A stretch of 64,000 nt of DNA from contig NC_058131.1 in NCBI RefSeq assembly GCF_016433145.1, positions 27,770,992-27,834,991 on the forward strand. Direction: 5' to 3'. The translations under genes and the position numbers were made by a program. Position 1 is the first letter of the stretch, and the number at the start of each line of letters is the position of its first letter. The notes beneath the pieces were generated by a model. The model was not told the DNA's origin. It worked only from the letters and a program-made list of their open reading frames with translations, and did not search any database. This document shows, piece by piece, positions 15,155 through 28,779 of this stretch. This DNA comes from Gracilinanus agilis (Eukaryota).

Positions 15155-16554
15155 AATTAACTCTCAAAAATATGTACAGTTTCCAGTTTCATTTGCACTC
15201 TTAACCTTTTCTCCAACAATTTGTTAAGTCTAGACAATCTAAAAATAATCAAGTCCTGCTTTGTGTGCACCAGTTTCAGAGATACGAAGGCTCTCACTGA
15301 GAATGTAACAATGGGCTTGCTTTCCCAGTAAGATGGTTCCAGTCCAGCGTACTCTTGCTTATACCAAAGATTCACAAGTCTAGGTACTGTCTATCTGTCC
15401 ATTTTGAATGAGGAGTGACATCACCAAAGTAGCATAAAAGGAAAGTTTTACAGTCAGTGATGTGAAGCTTGAATTGGAAAAGGGATTGAAATGGAAGTAG
15501 GAAGACAAGTTAGGAGCCTATTCTAATAATTATGTGGGAAGAGACAAGAATTTGGAGAAAGGAGATTGAAGTAGGTGATTGAGGGAAAAGCCTGGAAGCA
15601 AGAGATATTGTGTAAGTAGAAGGAGTAAGTATCTGTCACCTAATTGGCTATATGAGGTTATGAAGAGGAAAGAAGAACATAAGACTCTAAATTATAAGCC
15701 TTTCAGACCGAGAAGATGAGAATCAATTGATAAACACTTATCACTGCTGTTCGGTCATGTCATCTATTTTTGACTCTCCACAATCCAATTTGAGATTTTC
15801 TTGGCAGAGATATTGGAGTACTTGGTCATTTCCTTCTCTAGTTTGTTTTCAAGATGAGGAAACTCAGGCCAGCAGGAGCTAATTGACTTACCCAGGATCA
15901 CATTTGACCAGGGTCTGATGCCAGATGTGAACTCAGCAAAAGGAGTCTTCCTGACATCAGGTCTGGCATTTCTCCATCTTGCCACCTAGCTGCCATACTA
16001 TGTGTCAGGCATTCTTCTAAATGCTAGAAATTAGGGAGAGGGGCAAGGAATGCTTTGGGAGAAAGATTAATTAAGACTTCACTTTAAGGCAGAGTGAAGT
16101 TTTGTTCATGGTGGGACAAATGGAGAAATTTCCACAAGAGAGTTATGAATAGAGGACTTTGAGCTCTGGGAAATTGAATGTATAACCAAGACTTCCAGGG
16201 TCACATGCATGGAGATTGATAACTGAAGCCCAGGGATAAAGGTAAGTTAACACTTTCCAGAACCAGTGCCCTTAGGTCCAAATCCCAGGGAAGGGAATAG
16301 ACTCAGACTCAGGGATGAACAAGGATGTTACACCTCCCAGTCATAATGATAATGATAAAAGCCAGACACACAGATGGTGAGCCTACAAACACTGCAATAT
16401 GCCACCCAGGATTCAGTGCCCTGGTCCTGGCAGTCATCCAGGGGCCACATTGGGCTTGATTATTTTTAGGTTGTCTAGACTTAACAAGTTGTTGGAGAAA
16501 AGGGTAAGAGTGCAGATGAAACTGGAAACTGTACATATTTTTTGAGAGTTAATT
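15155..16554. repeat. ~102-bp inverted repeat pair (15155-15256 and 16452-16554)
   Basis: By-hand alignment: 5 substitutions and 1 indel; both arms absent upstream of genes 2-4. Confidence 0.88.
15740..15995 (-). mobile_element. MAR1/MIR-type marsupial SINE (older)
   Basis: TTTTCTTGGCAGAGATATTGGAG, GATGAGGAAACTCAGG, CCACCTAGCTGCC. Confidence 0.65.
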
Positions 16555-17118
16555 AATTAATAATTAATCAGCATGGAAAGGCAATGTGGAATAGGATCAA
16601 GAATATCAACAGACCTAACATTAGTATGGCTTCTCTTTGAATTCTTCCTTAGACTTTTGCTAGTTTCACTCTAGGAAAGTACTTTAACCTCTCTTGGACT
16701 CAGTTTCCTTGTCTGAAAAATGAGGATGGATAATAGTGCCTGTTTGTGCCCCACAGGATTATTGTGACAAACAAGTGAGATAATAATAAACGGGAAGTCC
16801 TTTGCCTACCTTAGAAGGTTGTATTCACTGTTATTATTATTATTAAGGGCATATTTTCAGACAGGTAGCTCCATTAAAAACCGCCCCATAAAATCAGGGG
16901 GTCCCTGAGAGCAGGATAAAAGGAGCAATGGGGCCTCTTCCTATTTCTCCCCTTCAGAATGAAATCTCCCTTCAGATAGAATAATGTCTAGGTCCAACTA
17001 ACACTTAGGAATGACAACTGGATGGTTGGCACTGAAACAACCAGTCCATCTTGGGGCTTGCCAGAAAGTACCTGATGATGACTGTGCTCTGAGGTGCTCT
17101 CGTCTCACCACAGACTCT

Positions 17119-17135
17119 GTTTCACTTCCTCTCTT
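17119..17135 (-). promoter_or_regulatory. PU.1/Ets-IRF composite element, gene 1
   Basis: AAGAGAGGAAGTGAAAC on the - strand, 255 nt upstream of the ATG; identical in all four genes. Confidence 0.6.
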
Positions 17136-17373
17136 ATGTCTGCTGAGCAGGGAACGTTTCAGCCTGGTAGCAGGCATCTTAGATGACATTGAGAAGAGGG
17201 CAGGGTCTAAGCAGAGCCAACCCCATCCTGGGTAGGGTTAGAGGATAAAAAGCCATGTTATATAGATGGGAGACCTCAGTTCCCTTTTAGGTGCTGCCTG
17301 AGGCTGTGTGGCATCTAAAGCTTCCCCAGCTGTGGTGTGCTTGATGAAGCCAGGCAGTCCCCTTCCGTGGGCT

Positions 17374-20300
17374 ATGGAGTGTCAAAGGAGCTGGAGATGG
17401 CTCTTTTTAGCTGGGATTTTCATTATGGAAGTATTTGCCTTGAGAAAGACACAGGCAGGTAAGTTTTGAAAGAAGGGAGTTCAGTAGACAGTGTAGAGAC
17501 AATGGAACTTTTGGTCTGTTGGGGAAAACTTATTCATTCCCTTCAAAAGGCTTGGGGTAAAGCAGTCAGTTAACAAACATTTATTCAGTATATTTGTTAA
17601 TTAATTATTAGTAAGCATATCTTTAAGCATAATTTTTGGTGTACTCCAGAGAAAATGCAAGGTACTGGGGATACCACCCACCACCAAAACAACAACAACA
17701 ACAACAACAACAACAAAAACAGAAAAAACATAGTCGCTACCTAAAAGGAGCTCATGCTCTAAAAGGGAGAGAGAACATGAAAATTAAAAAATAACAAGAT
17801 ATATCTAAAGGAGATGAAAAATAACAGAAAAAATCTAACAATTGTAGCCCATGATGGAATGTTTGGTGTGAAGGATGGTAAATGGGCCAATTTGACTGAA
17901 ATTTTAAATGCATGAAGGAGAGGACTAGGAATAGAACCTAGAAAGGAAGATGGGAATCAGAATAGGAATGACTTTAAATGCCATTAGCTGCCAAAGTTTG
18001 TATTTCATCATAGAAGAAGTAGGGAACCACTAAAGTTCTTTGGAGATACAGTGTAGTGTGCTTTAGGAATAGAAAACTGGGGAGGACTAATTGGAGAAGG
18101 GAGAATTCAAAAGAAGGAAGCCCATTTAGGAGGAAATTGCCAAAATCCTGGTGAGGGGGAATAAGGGCCTGAAGTAGGGTGAGGGATGTGTGAATGGAAA
18201 GAAAAAAAGAGAAATTTGAGAGAGGAGCTGAAGGTAAATTATTTGGGCTTGGCCAATGGTCAGATATTGGGGAAGGAGAGAAAAGGGGAAGATTTGAGAA
18301 TTGATCTGAGATTACAAACTTGGATGATTAGGATATTTGTGCTGTTGCTGGAAAAAATAGAAAGTAAGTGAGAAGCATGGGTTTAGAAAGAAGTGAATGA
18401 CTTACATTTTTGACATACTGAGTTTCAAATATCTACAAGCAATCTAATTGGAGAGGTCTGAAAGGAAAGGTTTTTAAATAAGCATCTACTAATCCTCTAT
18501 TATGCAGTAGATACTGTAATAAAACCCTATAAATACCTCCTTTCAGTACCAATAGAACCCTAAGGGGTCAGTGTCTTTACTATTCTCATTTTATGGATAA
18601 GGAAACTCAGGTTTAAAGAGCTTTCGTGATTTATTTGCCCAGGCTCATACAACTTAAATGTCCAAAAACAGATTTGAACTACAAACCCTGCACTCTATCC
18701 ACTGCACAAATTAGATGATAGTCTTGGAGCTCAAAAGAAAGAGTCTAAGAGTTGGATATGTAAATTTTGGAGTCATCTGTTTAGTTACATTTAATAAGGG
18801 TGGGAGAAAGAGAAAGGGAAAAGAAATGGCTGAGAGGAGGCTCTGGTTCTCTGGTATCCCCAAACCTGAAACATTATTTTCTCTTCTTCTCTTCCTTCCT
18901 ATAATTCAGTCCACCACAGACATGAGATTCAATTCATCACAGTGGGTACAGGCCACTCTATCTTGGAACTAAGCGAATTTAGCCTCATAGATGATGTTGA
19001 AGTGGCATCTTATAACAAAGGACAGAAGCAAATTACTATCAAGATACCCTGGATCTCCAAAGTACTGGGAGTCAATTATCTCACACAGGTGCATGATTTA
19101 TTGGTGAAGCATGAACCACATTTCCTCTGGCTACTCCAATTCTTAGCACAACATGACATCAACGATGATAGTAAGTTAGATCAACTAATTTTCCCCCATC
19201 CTGTTTTTCAACATATTTTATTTCTCTCCCAAGCCCAGCACATCAAAGGATCCCAGTAGATCATATAACTGAGACAAATTTCTTTGGTCCCAACCCACTC
19301 TATCCTTCTCTGGAGAAAGAGCTATGAAGGATCCAGCCCTGGCCCTTAGGCTTGTATCATCCATGTTTCTGTGATGCAGTTTGAACATGGATGATACAGG
19401 CTTCACCCAGTTGGATTAACATCCAGGATCCCCATCTCCTATTATCCTTTTAAGATATTTCTACCTTCTGCCAGTGAATTTAATTTCTTAATCAATAAAT
19501 CTAAACTCTGAGAATAAAGTCCTGCGCTCACCTACAGTCATGGAAGTTAAAAAAGTGCTGCAGTCCATCCTAGTTACCGATCTCTCTCTTCATCTAGATT
19601 TCAGACATTAGTTCTAGCACCACCTCCTTTCATTATCTTTTACTCCTGCAATTACAACACACAACAGATACACCAAAGCAGTAATTTTCTGGGTTTTGTT
19701 TGAAAGGAAAGAAAATACCCAAATTCAGATATAAATTGTCCATAGATCTTTAAGAGCAAAAAAGTGCACTAAAAATTTGGGGATGCACCACATAACATAA
19801 CAGTTCAAACTGTACATAGTAGAAATGGACATAGACCCAGGATGAAGAGAATGTAAGTCCGAAGTTAGTCTACCCTACCTGAGTTTCCTGTGATTCTCTG
19901 GAGACAGTCTGACTTGATTGTGAGCCACAAGATAATTTAACCTAAACCATAACCCAATGTTTTTAAAAAGGGAAAATCCTTTTCATACATCTCCCCCAAA
20001 GATGGGCTCCTCCTTTGGGTTCCCTGTCCTCTTTCCACCCATAAAAACCCAACTCTGTGTTCCTCCACAGGAAACCACACAGCCCAAAACCTGATAGAAT
20101 GTGAAGTGGACAATAATATCACAGTAAAGAGTCACATTCATTTAATTTTGGATGGGGAGGAAAGTTCCCGGATAGATGAAGAGGTTGGGCATTGGGAGAA
20201 CATAAAGCCTGAAGCCAAGCAATACCAATACATTCTGGAGAGTCCCTTCTGGACCAATCTAAGGAAAAGCTACATGAAGCTATATTGTGTTGACTTGATG

Positions 20301-21972
20301 AAGAAAATCGTTGGGTATTCAAGCTTAAGGGATAATGGTGAGTGTTTTCTTCTTCCCATCTCCTCCTTAAAGGTCTAGGTCACCTCCAAAATTCTGTGCA
20401 GTCATTGGAGTCCCAGAGAAAGGGGCAGGCAGTAACCCCACCTTCTGATCATAGCCCCAGTTGACAATGGGAAAATTTGTTTTAAATGTAAGAAAGCTTG
20501 AATAAGGTTCTATCTTTTTTCCTTCTTTTCTTTTTCTTACTTTTTCATTTCTTTTTCCCCATATTTCCTCCTTTCTTTCCCACTTTCCTTCCTTCTCTCT
20601 CTTTTCATCTATCCTTATTTCCTTTCATTTTTCTCTGCTTTCTTTTCTTTTGTCTTCCTTTTTCTGTTATTTCAGTCCTTTCCTTCCTTCCTTTTCTCCT
20701 TTCTTACCTTTTCTTTCCTTTCTCCTTTCTGTCTCCCTTCCATTCTTTCCTTCTTTCTTTTTTCTATTCCTCAAGTTAAAGTCTTCCTCCCATGACTCAT
20801 AAAGACAAGAGGGTGACCCTAAGAGTTAAAAATCATAGCAGGTAAATACACACTCTGAAACAATCTCTCCAGCTGAGAAATCTATGCTCATAGGCCCAGT
20901 GATGATGAACTACATATCTGCTGTTTACAGTCTAGCCAAATTTAGAACATCAGCACCAGTAATGTTTTACTTTTATTTGGAGAGGAAGTGACAGAGATAC
21001 ATGAAGGATAGCCTCGTAAGCATGGTAGGTATGCAATCTTCATGATCAGTAGTGTCCCCACTGATTCAATCATGGATCATAGAAGCCTAAGCTTCTTAAA
21101 GATGGTTTGGAAAGCTGTTGGTGATACGTTTGTCAAAAACAACTGATGGTGACTCAGTAACCTAGCATTAATCTAGCACTCTTTGAGGTGTCCAGGGAGA
21201 TACACAAGAATAAAAGCTACTCTCAAGGACCTGATGAATCCATTGGGCACAACAGCATAGGAGATGTGGGAATAAGGAATCTGAGAACATTAATGAAGAT
21301 AAAGATAAAATGGAAGCATCAAACACTGACTAAGATTGTGACATGAGACCTTCCTTCTTGATCTCTCCTCCTAGTGGCCCCAGAGGTGGTCGTATCTCAA
21401 CATGTCAGTCCAGAAGGCAGCATCATTCTCTCCTGCATTGCCACAGGTTTCTACCCTCGCTCCATCATCATGCACTGGGAAAAGAATGGGAAGCTGGGGA
21501 TATGGGGAAATGAGAGTTCCAGTGGCACCCTGCCCAATATGGATTCCACCTTCTACCTCAAAGTTACCTTAGAGCTCCCACCAGAGGACTCAGGTGCAGG
21601 TTATAGCTGTGTGGTAGAACACAGTGAGCTGAAGAGTCCTGCTATATATTCAGGTCAGTGTTTTAGCTACACACTCTCATCACATCCCAAGAAAATGGGC
21701 CCCAGAATATAATTCTATTATCTCCCCACTTCTTTCATTGAATGCACACTCACTTACATTCTACTCTTTGTGTAGTCCCTAGAAAGTCCACTAGGAAGAA
21801 GCCTTGGATTCTTGCACTGGGCATCATATTGGCTGTCATCCTACTGCTGAGCTGTGCTGGTGTCTTCATCAAATGGAAGATAAGGAAGACAGTATGCATG
21901 CAAGAATTGAGAAGTGACAGGAAGATTTTGGATTGGGAGCACCCACGAAGACAGGAGATAATGCTATCATAG
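17374..21972 (+). CDS. Non-classical MHC class I heavy chain, gene 1 (probable marsupial UT family), 362 aa if the TM exon reads to the first stop
   Basis: Exons 17374-17458 (leader MECQRSWRWLFLAGIFIMEVFALRKTQA), 18910-19170 (alpha1 VHHRHEIQF..), 20071-20337 (alpha2 with C101/C164 pair), 21375-21653 (alpha3 C1-set: LSC..GFYP..W..YSCVVEH), 21776-21972 (TM ILALGIILAVILLLSCAGVFI + tail). All introns GT-AG and phase 1, the canonical class I layout; no stops or frameshifts. UT assignment is inferred from marsupial context, tandem array and strong divergence from classical class I. Confidence 0.9.
17560..18440 (-). mobile_element. Ancient L2 fragments in intron 1 (shared by all four genes)
   Basis: AACAAACATTTATT..GTACTGGGGATAC..GGAGCTCATGCTCTA resembles the L2 3' end; boundaries approximate. 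Confidence 0.45.
17687..17716. repeat. (AAC)n microsatellite in gene 1 intron 1
   Basis: Direct reading; (AAT)n at the equivalent site in gene 3. Confidence 0.9.
19353..19398. other. Perfect 15-bp stem hairpin in gene 1 intron 2
   Basis: TGTATCATCCATGTT (19353-19367) / AACATGGATGATACA (19384-19398), flanked by AGGCTT direct repeats. Confidence 0.85.
20500..20775. repeat. Polypyrimidine low-complexity tract in intron 3 (also ~35975-36225, ~49785-50000, ~63100-63345)
   Basis: T/C-rich tract at the same position in all four genes. Confidence 0.85.
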
Positions 21973-23064
21973 CAACCTCAATAACTGACTGTAAAAAAAT
22001 GTTTTGAGACGAGAATCCCAGAATATTAGGGTCAAAGTATTACACAAAGCCTATGAAATCCAAACCTCACTTGATTAAAAAAAAAAAAACTCCTCAATAT
22101 CATCCTAGCAATTCACTCTCTCCAAACCTCAGTCAGCTTATCTGTAAAAGGGAGATGTTAATGGCACTTGCATCACAGAAATAGTCACATAAAGTTCCAG
22201 TCAAACCTTTAAGTGCTGTGGAAATATTGGTAATCATTATGACTCTATTAATGCAGTTAGAGACCACTTTTTTTAAGCTGTCATGCCAAGGTCAAGTCAT
22301 GCTCCTGGTTTCTATGAAGTTTTCAGTCCATTAAAATATCCAGGTCTTTATTATTACAGAAAATATTTTATTGGTTTGTGCATGTGTATCCATTTTACAC
22401 AACTATAGTATTTAAATTTTATATTTATTTCAATCTGATCCAATGCAATCCAATAAGAATTTTTCAAGGACCTATTAGTGTTTTGCTAGACTCTTGTAAC
22501 ACAAAGACCAAAGCAAAATAGTCCCTGCTCTCATAGAGCTTACATTCTATTGGAGTAACTCCTATAAAATTTCATCTTTTTGTATTCTGCCCATTATTCT
22601 ACCCTTTAAAAATCTTTTGGGACCTTGCTTCATCCCCTGGTGTTATTTATATTTTTGATGACATTAGCTACCCCTCCTGGATTGGAGTCATCTCCACATT
22701 TGATGTACATGTCATCTATGGCTTCATTCAAGCCATCACAAAGCATGGTAGCTCTTAGTGAAGAAATTTCTCTTGCTAGACACTCACAAATTGGTCAATC
22801 ATTTCTTTCAATTCATTAGAGTAAATATTTATTAAATACTTGCTATGCTCAAATTAATAGATAGCATGAGTTATAGAATAGAGACTCTGTCCTGAAGTTA
22901 GAAAGACCTGGATTCAAGTCTCACATATTAGCTGTGTGACCTTGAACAAGTCATACTGAGAGCATCAGGTAACTCTGTATGACTAAATTATAGAAAGTGA
23001 AAATCTTCACTGATAGAGGGAGTTCCTCAAAGGGATTTCCCTATATTCATGATAGCACATATCA

Positions 23065-23899
<835 letters not shown>

Positions 23900-23948
23900 A
23901 ATTGGATAATGCCATGTCAGTGGTGTGCCTTTATATTCAAATCATATC

Positions 23949-26074
23949 TGTAACATGGATAATCTTAAGTGGGTTGAACTGCCTCACAGAACTCCACAGG
24001 AGAGGGGGCAGTTGGGGCAGTTAAGAATGTGAAAGCAAGACACCCAGCTTGGCAAGATGACTCTTTGGGGGGACAGTAGCTGAGCTTATCTATAACCCAG
24101 AGAGCAGGGTGGTTCATTGCTGAATACTCCTTACAGACTCTAACCAGACTGTTTTCCAAAGGCTGTGAGCACTGTGACAAAACCTTGTAAGCAGTGTCCC
24201 AGCCAATCCCTAGCCAATTACAGATCTACAATCAAGACCATCTCGGACTTGTTATTTTTAGATTTTGAGATAGTTTAGATTGTGCTGGAGTTTAGGGAGA
24301 AATAGTTTTTATTCAGGGGCTTTCCCCTTTGGGGGAATAGTTTCTCTGACAGCACTTTTGAAAATCTTAGATAGATTTTACCTCACCCTCAAACTTAGTC
24401 CTTTTCCCTCCTTCCCAGGTTCCATGAATTAACAAATCCCACCTCTTTTTAAGAGTGTGTGGGAGTAATACAAAAACCCAGGACAATTCTGAGAAATTTA
24501 TGGTAAAGAACACTACCCACATCCAGAGGAAGGACTGCAGGAGAGGAAACATATAAGAAAAACAGCTGCTTGAACACACGGGTTGGGGTAGACATGATTG
24601 AGGATGTGGACTCGAAACTACCACACCAATGCAACCACCAACAATTTGGAAATAGGTCTTGATCAAGGACACATGATAAAACCAGTGGAAATGTGTGTCG
24701 GCCATGGGTGGGGGGAAGGTGCGGGGGGTGAAGGGGAAAGTAGGAGCATGAATCATGTAACCATGATAAAAATGATTATTAATAAATGTTTAAAATTTTA
24801 AAAAAAAAGAGTGTGTGGGAGCGAGGTGTTGTGTTTCAGGTTATATAGCGTAATTCATGCTTTACCTAAGCCAAATATCCATCTTGTCAGATCCTGAGAG
24901 TAGTTGAGATCCAATGATCAAGAAAGTTGCTTGAAGACATCCTGAGTATTTTACCTATCTTGGGCTTAGTGTTATAATTATGGGAGGTCTCTTGTATCTA
25001 TTTGAGATGGTAGAAATGATGTACAGAGAGGAATAAGATGACACTTCTCCTTTTTAACAGTTGCCCAGACAGGATCCTCAGGTCAAAAGAGGTTTATCCT
25101 TTAGGACCCACCTGGGGTTAATTGATATATTGATTTGGGCTCTTCAGCTAGGATAAGACTGTGTTGTCTCCCTTCCCAAACAAGCTTTGAAATTGATTTA
25201 GGAAGGTACTTTAAACTTTATATATTAAACAGGAAGGATAAGGGTAAAGGACTGTGGTATAGGAGACCCTACTTTAATTGTTACTAATGAAACTCTCAAC
25301 TGCTGGCAAATGAAGAATCAGTGTAGCTTCCCTCTGGTTCAGCCTGGCCAGGACTAAACCAGAGTAGGTGAACTGCTGGGAAATCTTCAGCTTCTTCTTC
25401 TGTAGATCTTCAGCCTTAACAGTTGAGTTATATCCGCCCTTTCCACCCTCTTCTTCGTCTCCTGCCCACTTCCCGGATCCCTCCCGGGCCCTGGGAAACC
25501 TAGATATCTAGATGATGAAACTCCCAATATCTAGGGGCAGCAGACACCAAGGTGGTGGCCAGGTACAGGTTGGACGGTATCTCAAGTACAGGAAGAGTTT
25601 GCAGAGAGATGTTTGCACCCTCTCACTCGAAGACCAGGATCCACTGATCTCCAGCTTCAGCACAGGTCAGAGACCCAGAATCTCTCCTCAGGGTTCTCAA
25701 CTGCCCTCTCCTGCCTCTCGCATGCCTCCCTGGGAACATTCTATCCAACCGACTTATTTGTCAATCAAAGGTGAACTTCAAGCTCCCAGAGATTCAATAT
25801 AACATTAGGGAATAAGCCTCAAACAGTGGAGGTTGTCAATTTCTGTGGGGTTATTCCCTTTTTGCCAGCCAATTTAGCCCAGTGAAAGATAGATCAGATA
25901 GCCATTATTTTTGGACAGAAAAGGATTCTGTTAATAACAGTTATCAGAAGCTGCAACTGCCAAAGGAGGGGGTGGAGAAAGAATTCCATTCACTCATTCC
26001 CCTCCCCTTGCTAGAAATTCTACAGCCAGGGGCTTGAAGCCTGCTGAGACAACATTGCTAACTGGACTCTAACA
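23949..26074 (-). mobile_element. Long LTR-type element (~1.77 kb without the nested L1), 4-bp TSD TATC, inside ATG5 copy B
   Basis: TGTAACA..CTCTAACA termini; TATC at 23945-23948 and 26075-26078; ATG5 resumes exactly; GGGCGG-ATATAA promoter-like motif at ~25425-25440 on the - strand. Confidence 0.8.
24466..24806 (+). mobile_element. 5'-truncated L1 (3' UTR), 15-bp TSD
   Basis: AAGAGTGTGTGGGAG at 24451-24465 and 24807-24821; TTTTT/AAGA target; AATAAA and A-tail. Confidence 0.88.
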
Positions 26075-28779
26075 TATCTCACTAATGCCTTCTTGTCTCA
26101 TAACTTCTGAAAGTGCTTTTTCACTTTGTCAGTAACCAACGTCAAGTAACTTATTCTAAGGTAAGAGCAAATAATGAGGTTCTGCTTCTTTTTCAGTTAT
26201 CAGATCTGGATAGAGTGTAAAATGGGTTGGTATTCATCCAAAGCACCCATCCCAAAGCACATCATTGTCAGCTGTCATTCTTCCCATGGATAAGGCAGCA
26301 CATATAGGCTAAATTTTTTTTTTTTTTGGATTAAAGATACACTGAGACCCTGCCTGGTGAGGGCTCGAACAGGCATGGAGGTAGAGAGGTCCCCCTCCCG
26401 CCAGGTGCCACTTTCATACTTGGGCCCTCCCCTCTAGTCAAATTCTTTCATGGGGTCCAACATTTTATCAATCACTTCCATGCCTTATCTCTATGTTCTA
26501 AAACCATTTTTCATGGGAGACACAACAGAAGCATTTTCATATTATTTGAAGTTAGAATTATGTAACAAAAAGGGCACTTAGTCCAGCCCATTAGAAATAT
26601 GCAGTGCACATCTGAACTATGTGACTACTTGATTGGATTCCTTATTCACACTGATTGGAACCTAGTTGTATTTCTGTCTTCTCTTAATATTGCTCAATTC
26701 ACTCTAAGAAGTAGTCCTCCTCTGTGAGCTTTCTCTTGTATCAACTGTAGCTTTACAAAACTCAAAGCTCTTCATGATTGTCCTGTGAAAAATAAAAAGG
26801 TGGTTTGGCCAGAGTTATAATCATATATAATGAGAGGGAGAGAGAGAGAAGAAAGAGAGAGGAGAGACAAGGAGATAGATTCAGCCCATTGTGGTCACCT
26901 CCGTGTTGTCCTCCCACTTGCCCAGCATCATCCCAGGGAGTCAGTCTTTTCAGAACGGAAGTAAAAAAAGCTCTCTCTTTCCAACACTCAAATTTTAAAC
27001 CCCACTAGCTCATCTATCCTTTCTGGACATTGCACTTTGAAGCTCACAGTGACACCAGCAGATGCTGGACCATTAGATATGACATTACTCTGCAACACCC
27101 AGAATTGGGGTGCCTCTGGATGGAGGTATTTTACTTCACACAGGCCCAAGATATGTCTAAGCTCAGTCATCCTAAAATAATTCTTAGATATCATTAACAT
27201 TTTTTCTATTCATACTTAGTTATCGTATTCATTCATCTTTTATAAATGTCTTTGGAAAAGCTAATATGGTAGTTGAACATCCTGAGTGGCAACATTTATA
27301 TTTTAAACAGTTTCTCTCCTTTTCTTCTTTATCAATATTGTTTGTATTTGTTCTAGAGCACATGTCATCTCTCTTGATTGAAATTCCCTAGTAGAATTGC
27401 TGGCCATGAGATGCTGCCCTATTGTTTTTCTAAAATTATTGACATTCGCTCTTTCAAAATTTATGGCACAATCTGAAACTCCAAATTTTCATTTCTTTAT
27501 CAATCATGAACTCTATGAAAATGTTGTCACTACCTCCCATTATCTTCATCAATTCTACACCAATAATCAGTTTCTCCTTATCTCTCCAGTCAGAATAGGG
27601 GACTTGGAAGAGGTTCCTTTGACCTTTTAAAGAAGTTATCAGTAAGGCAAAATTTCTTATCTGCTATGATTTTGGCAGAAGGATCTCCAACCTCCTGAAA
27701 AAATCTCCCATCATTAGCATATCATGATGTCATGTCATATTTAAAATCTATTTCCCAAACACAATATCTATTTCCTGTTTCTGACTGAGTGACCTATAGT
27801 ATAGTTCCACCATAGTATTGCTGTGCTTCTCCTTCCATTGGTCATTAATCAAATGCTCCCAAGTTTGCTCCAAATTGTAAATTTCATCATAAGATTTCAC
27901 CTTCTAAGTTTTCAGGGTTATACTATCATTTCTTTTATCTATTTTTTCCTTTTTAATTAGACTGGCCTTCCATTTGAGATTCCAAGCATGAATCACATCC
28001 CTCAAAGGCTCGTGGATATCATACTATATATAAGATTTAGAGCCTATAGAGAATTTAGTAATAATCTAGTTCATCCTTATACTGTGATTTATTATATAAA
28101 ATGAGGCTTTGAAAGAGTAAGCAATTTGTTTAGTGTAAAAAAGACAATAAGCACCAGAGGTAGCATCGGGATAATTATTTCTACTCAAAATCCAATGTTA
28201 TTTATACCAAAGTGGCTATAAGGTCTAATTTTCCCACTTGTGTGTTTTTCCTGACCTGAGAAATTCAAGAATTCTTATTTCCTCTATCTCTACTATCCCC
28301 ACCAGCATGGTAGATACCTAAGTTGGGCATGGACATAGATAAATAGTAGAGATTGCCCACAGATTTGAATAGATCAAGTGGAAGTCTTTCTCATGTCCCT
28401 CCTACTCTTTCACAAGAAAATTGTTATATAACAATACCATTGATATCTCTAATTCTTTATATTTTCTCTAATTTTTATATATAATATTTAGCACACTTGA
28501 ACATACTCATCTGAGACCACTGGTTTGATTATTTCTTCTCTTGCTGGATATTGGCTTCTGTAAAACACTGGATATTTACTTCTTCATGTCTGCTAGTGTC
28601 TGCACCTTCTGAATTGGGGAAATGTATGTTGGTGTTTTTCTCCTTTCTCCTCCAGTGTCCACCTACAGTCCCTTTGATCTGATTATTGAGGCTCCCAGTT
28701 ACTGTCTTTCAATAGACCTCTTTAGATATAATCCATTCTTAGTCAAGAGTCTGTTGTTTCTATACCTGAATCTGGGATC

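Noticed and set aside
20498-20779. Phe/Leu/Ser-rich ORFs in intron 3 of each gene (also 35925-36313, 49739-50047, 63059-63352)
   Set aside because: Artefacts of the polypyrimidine tracts.
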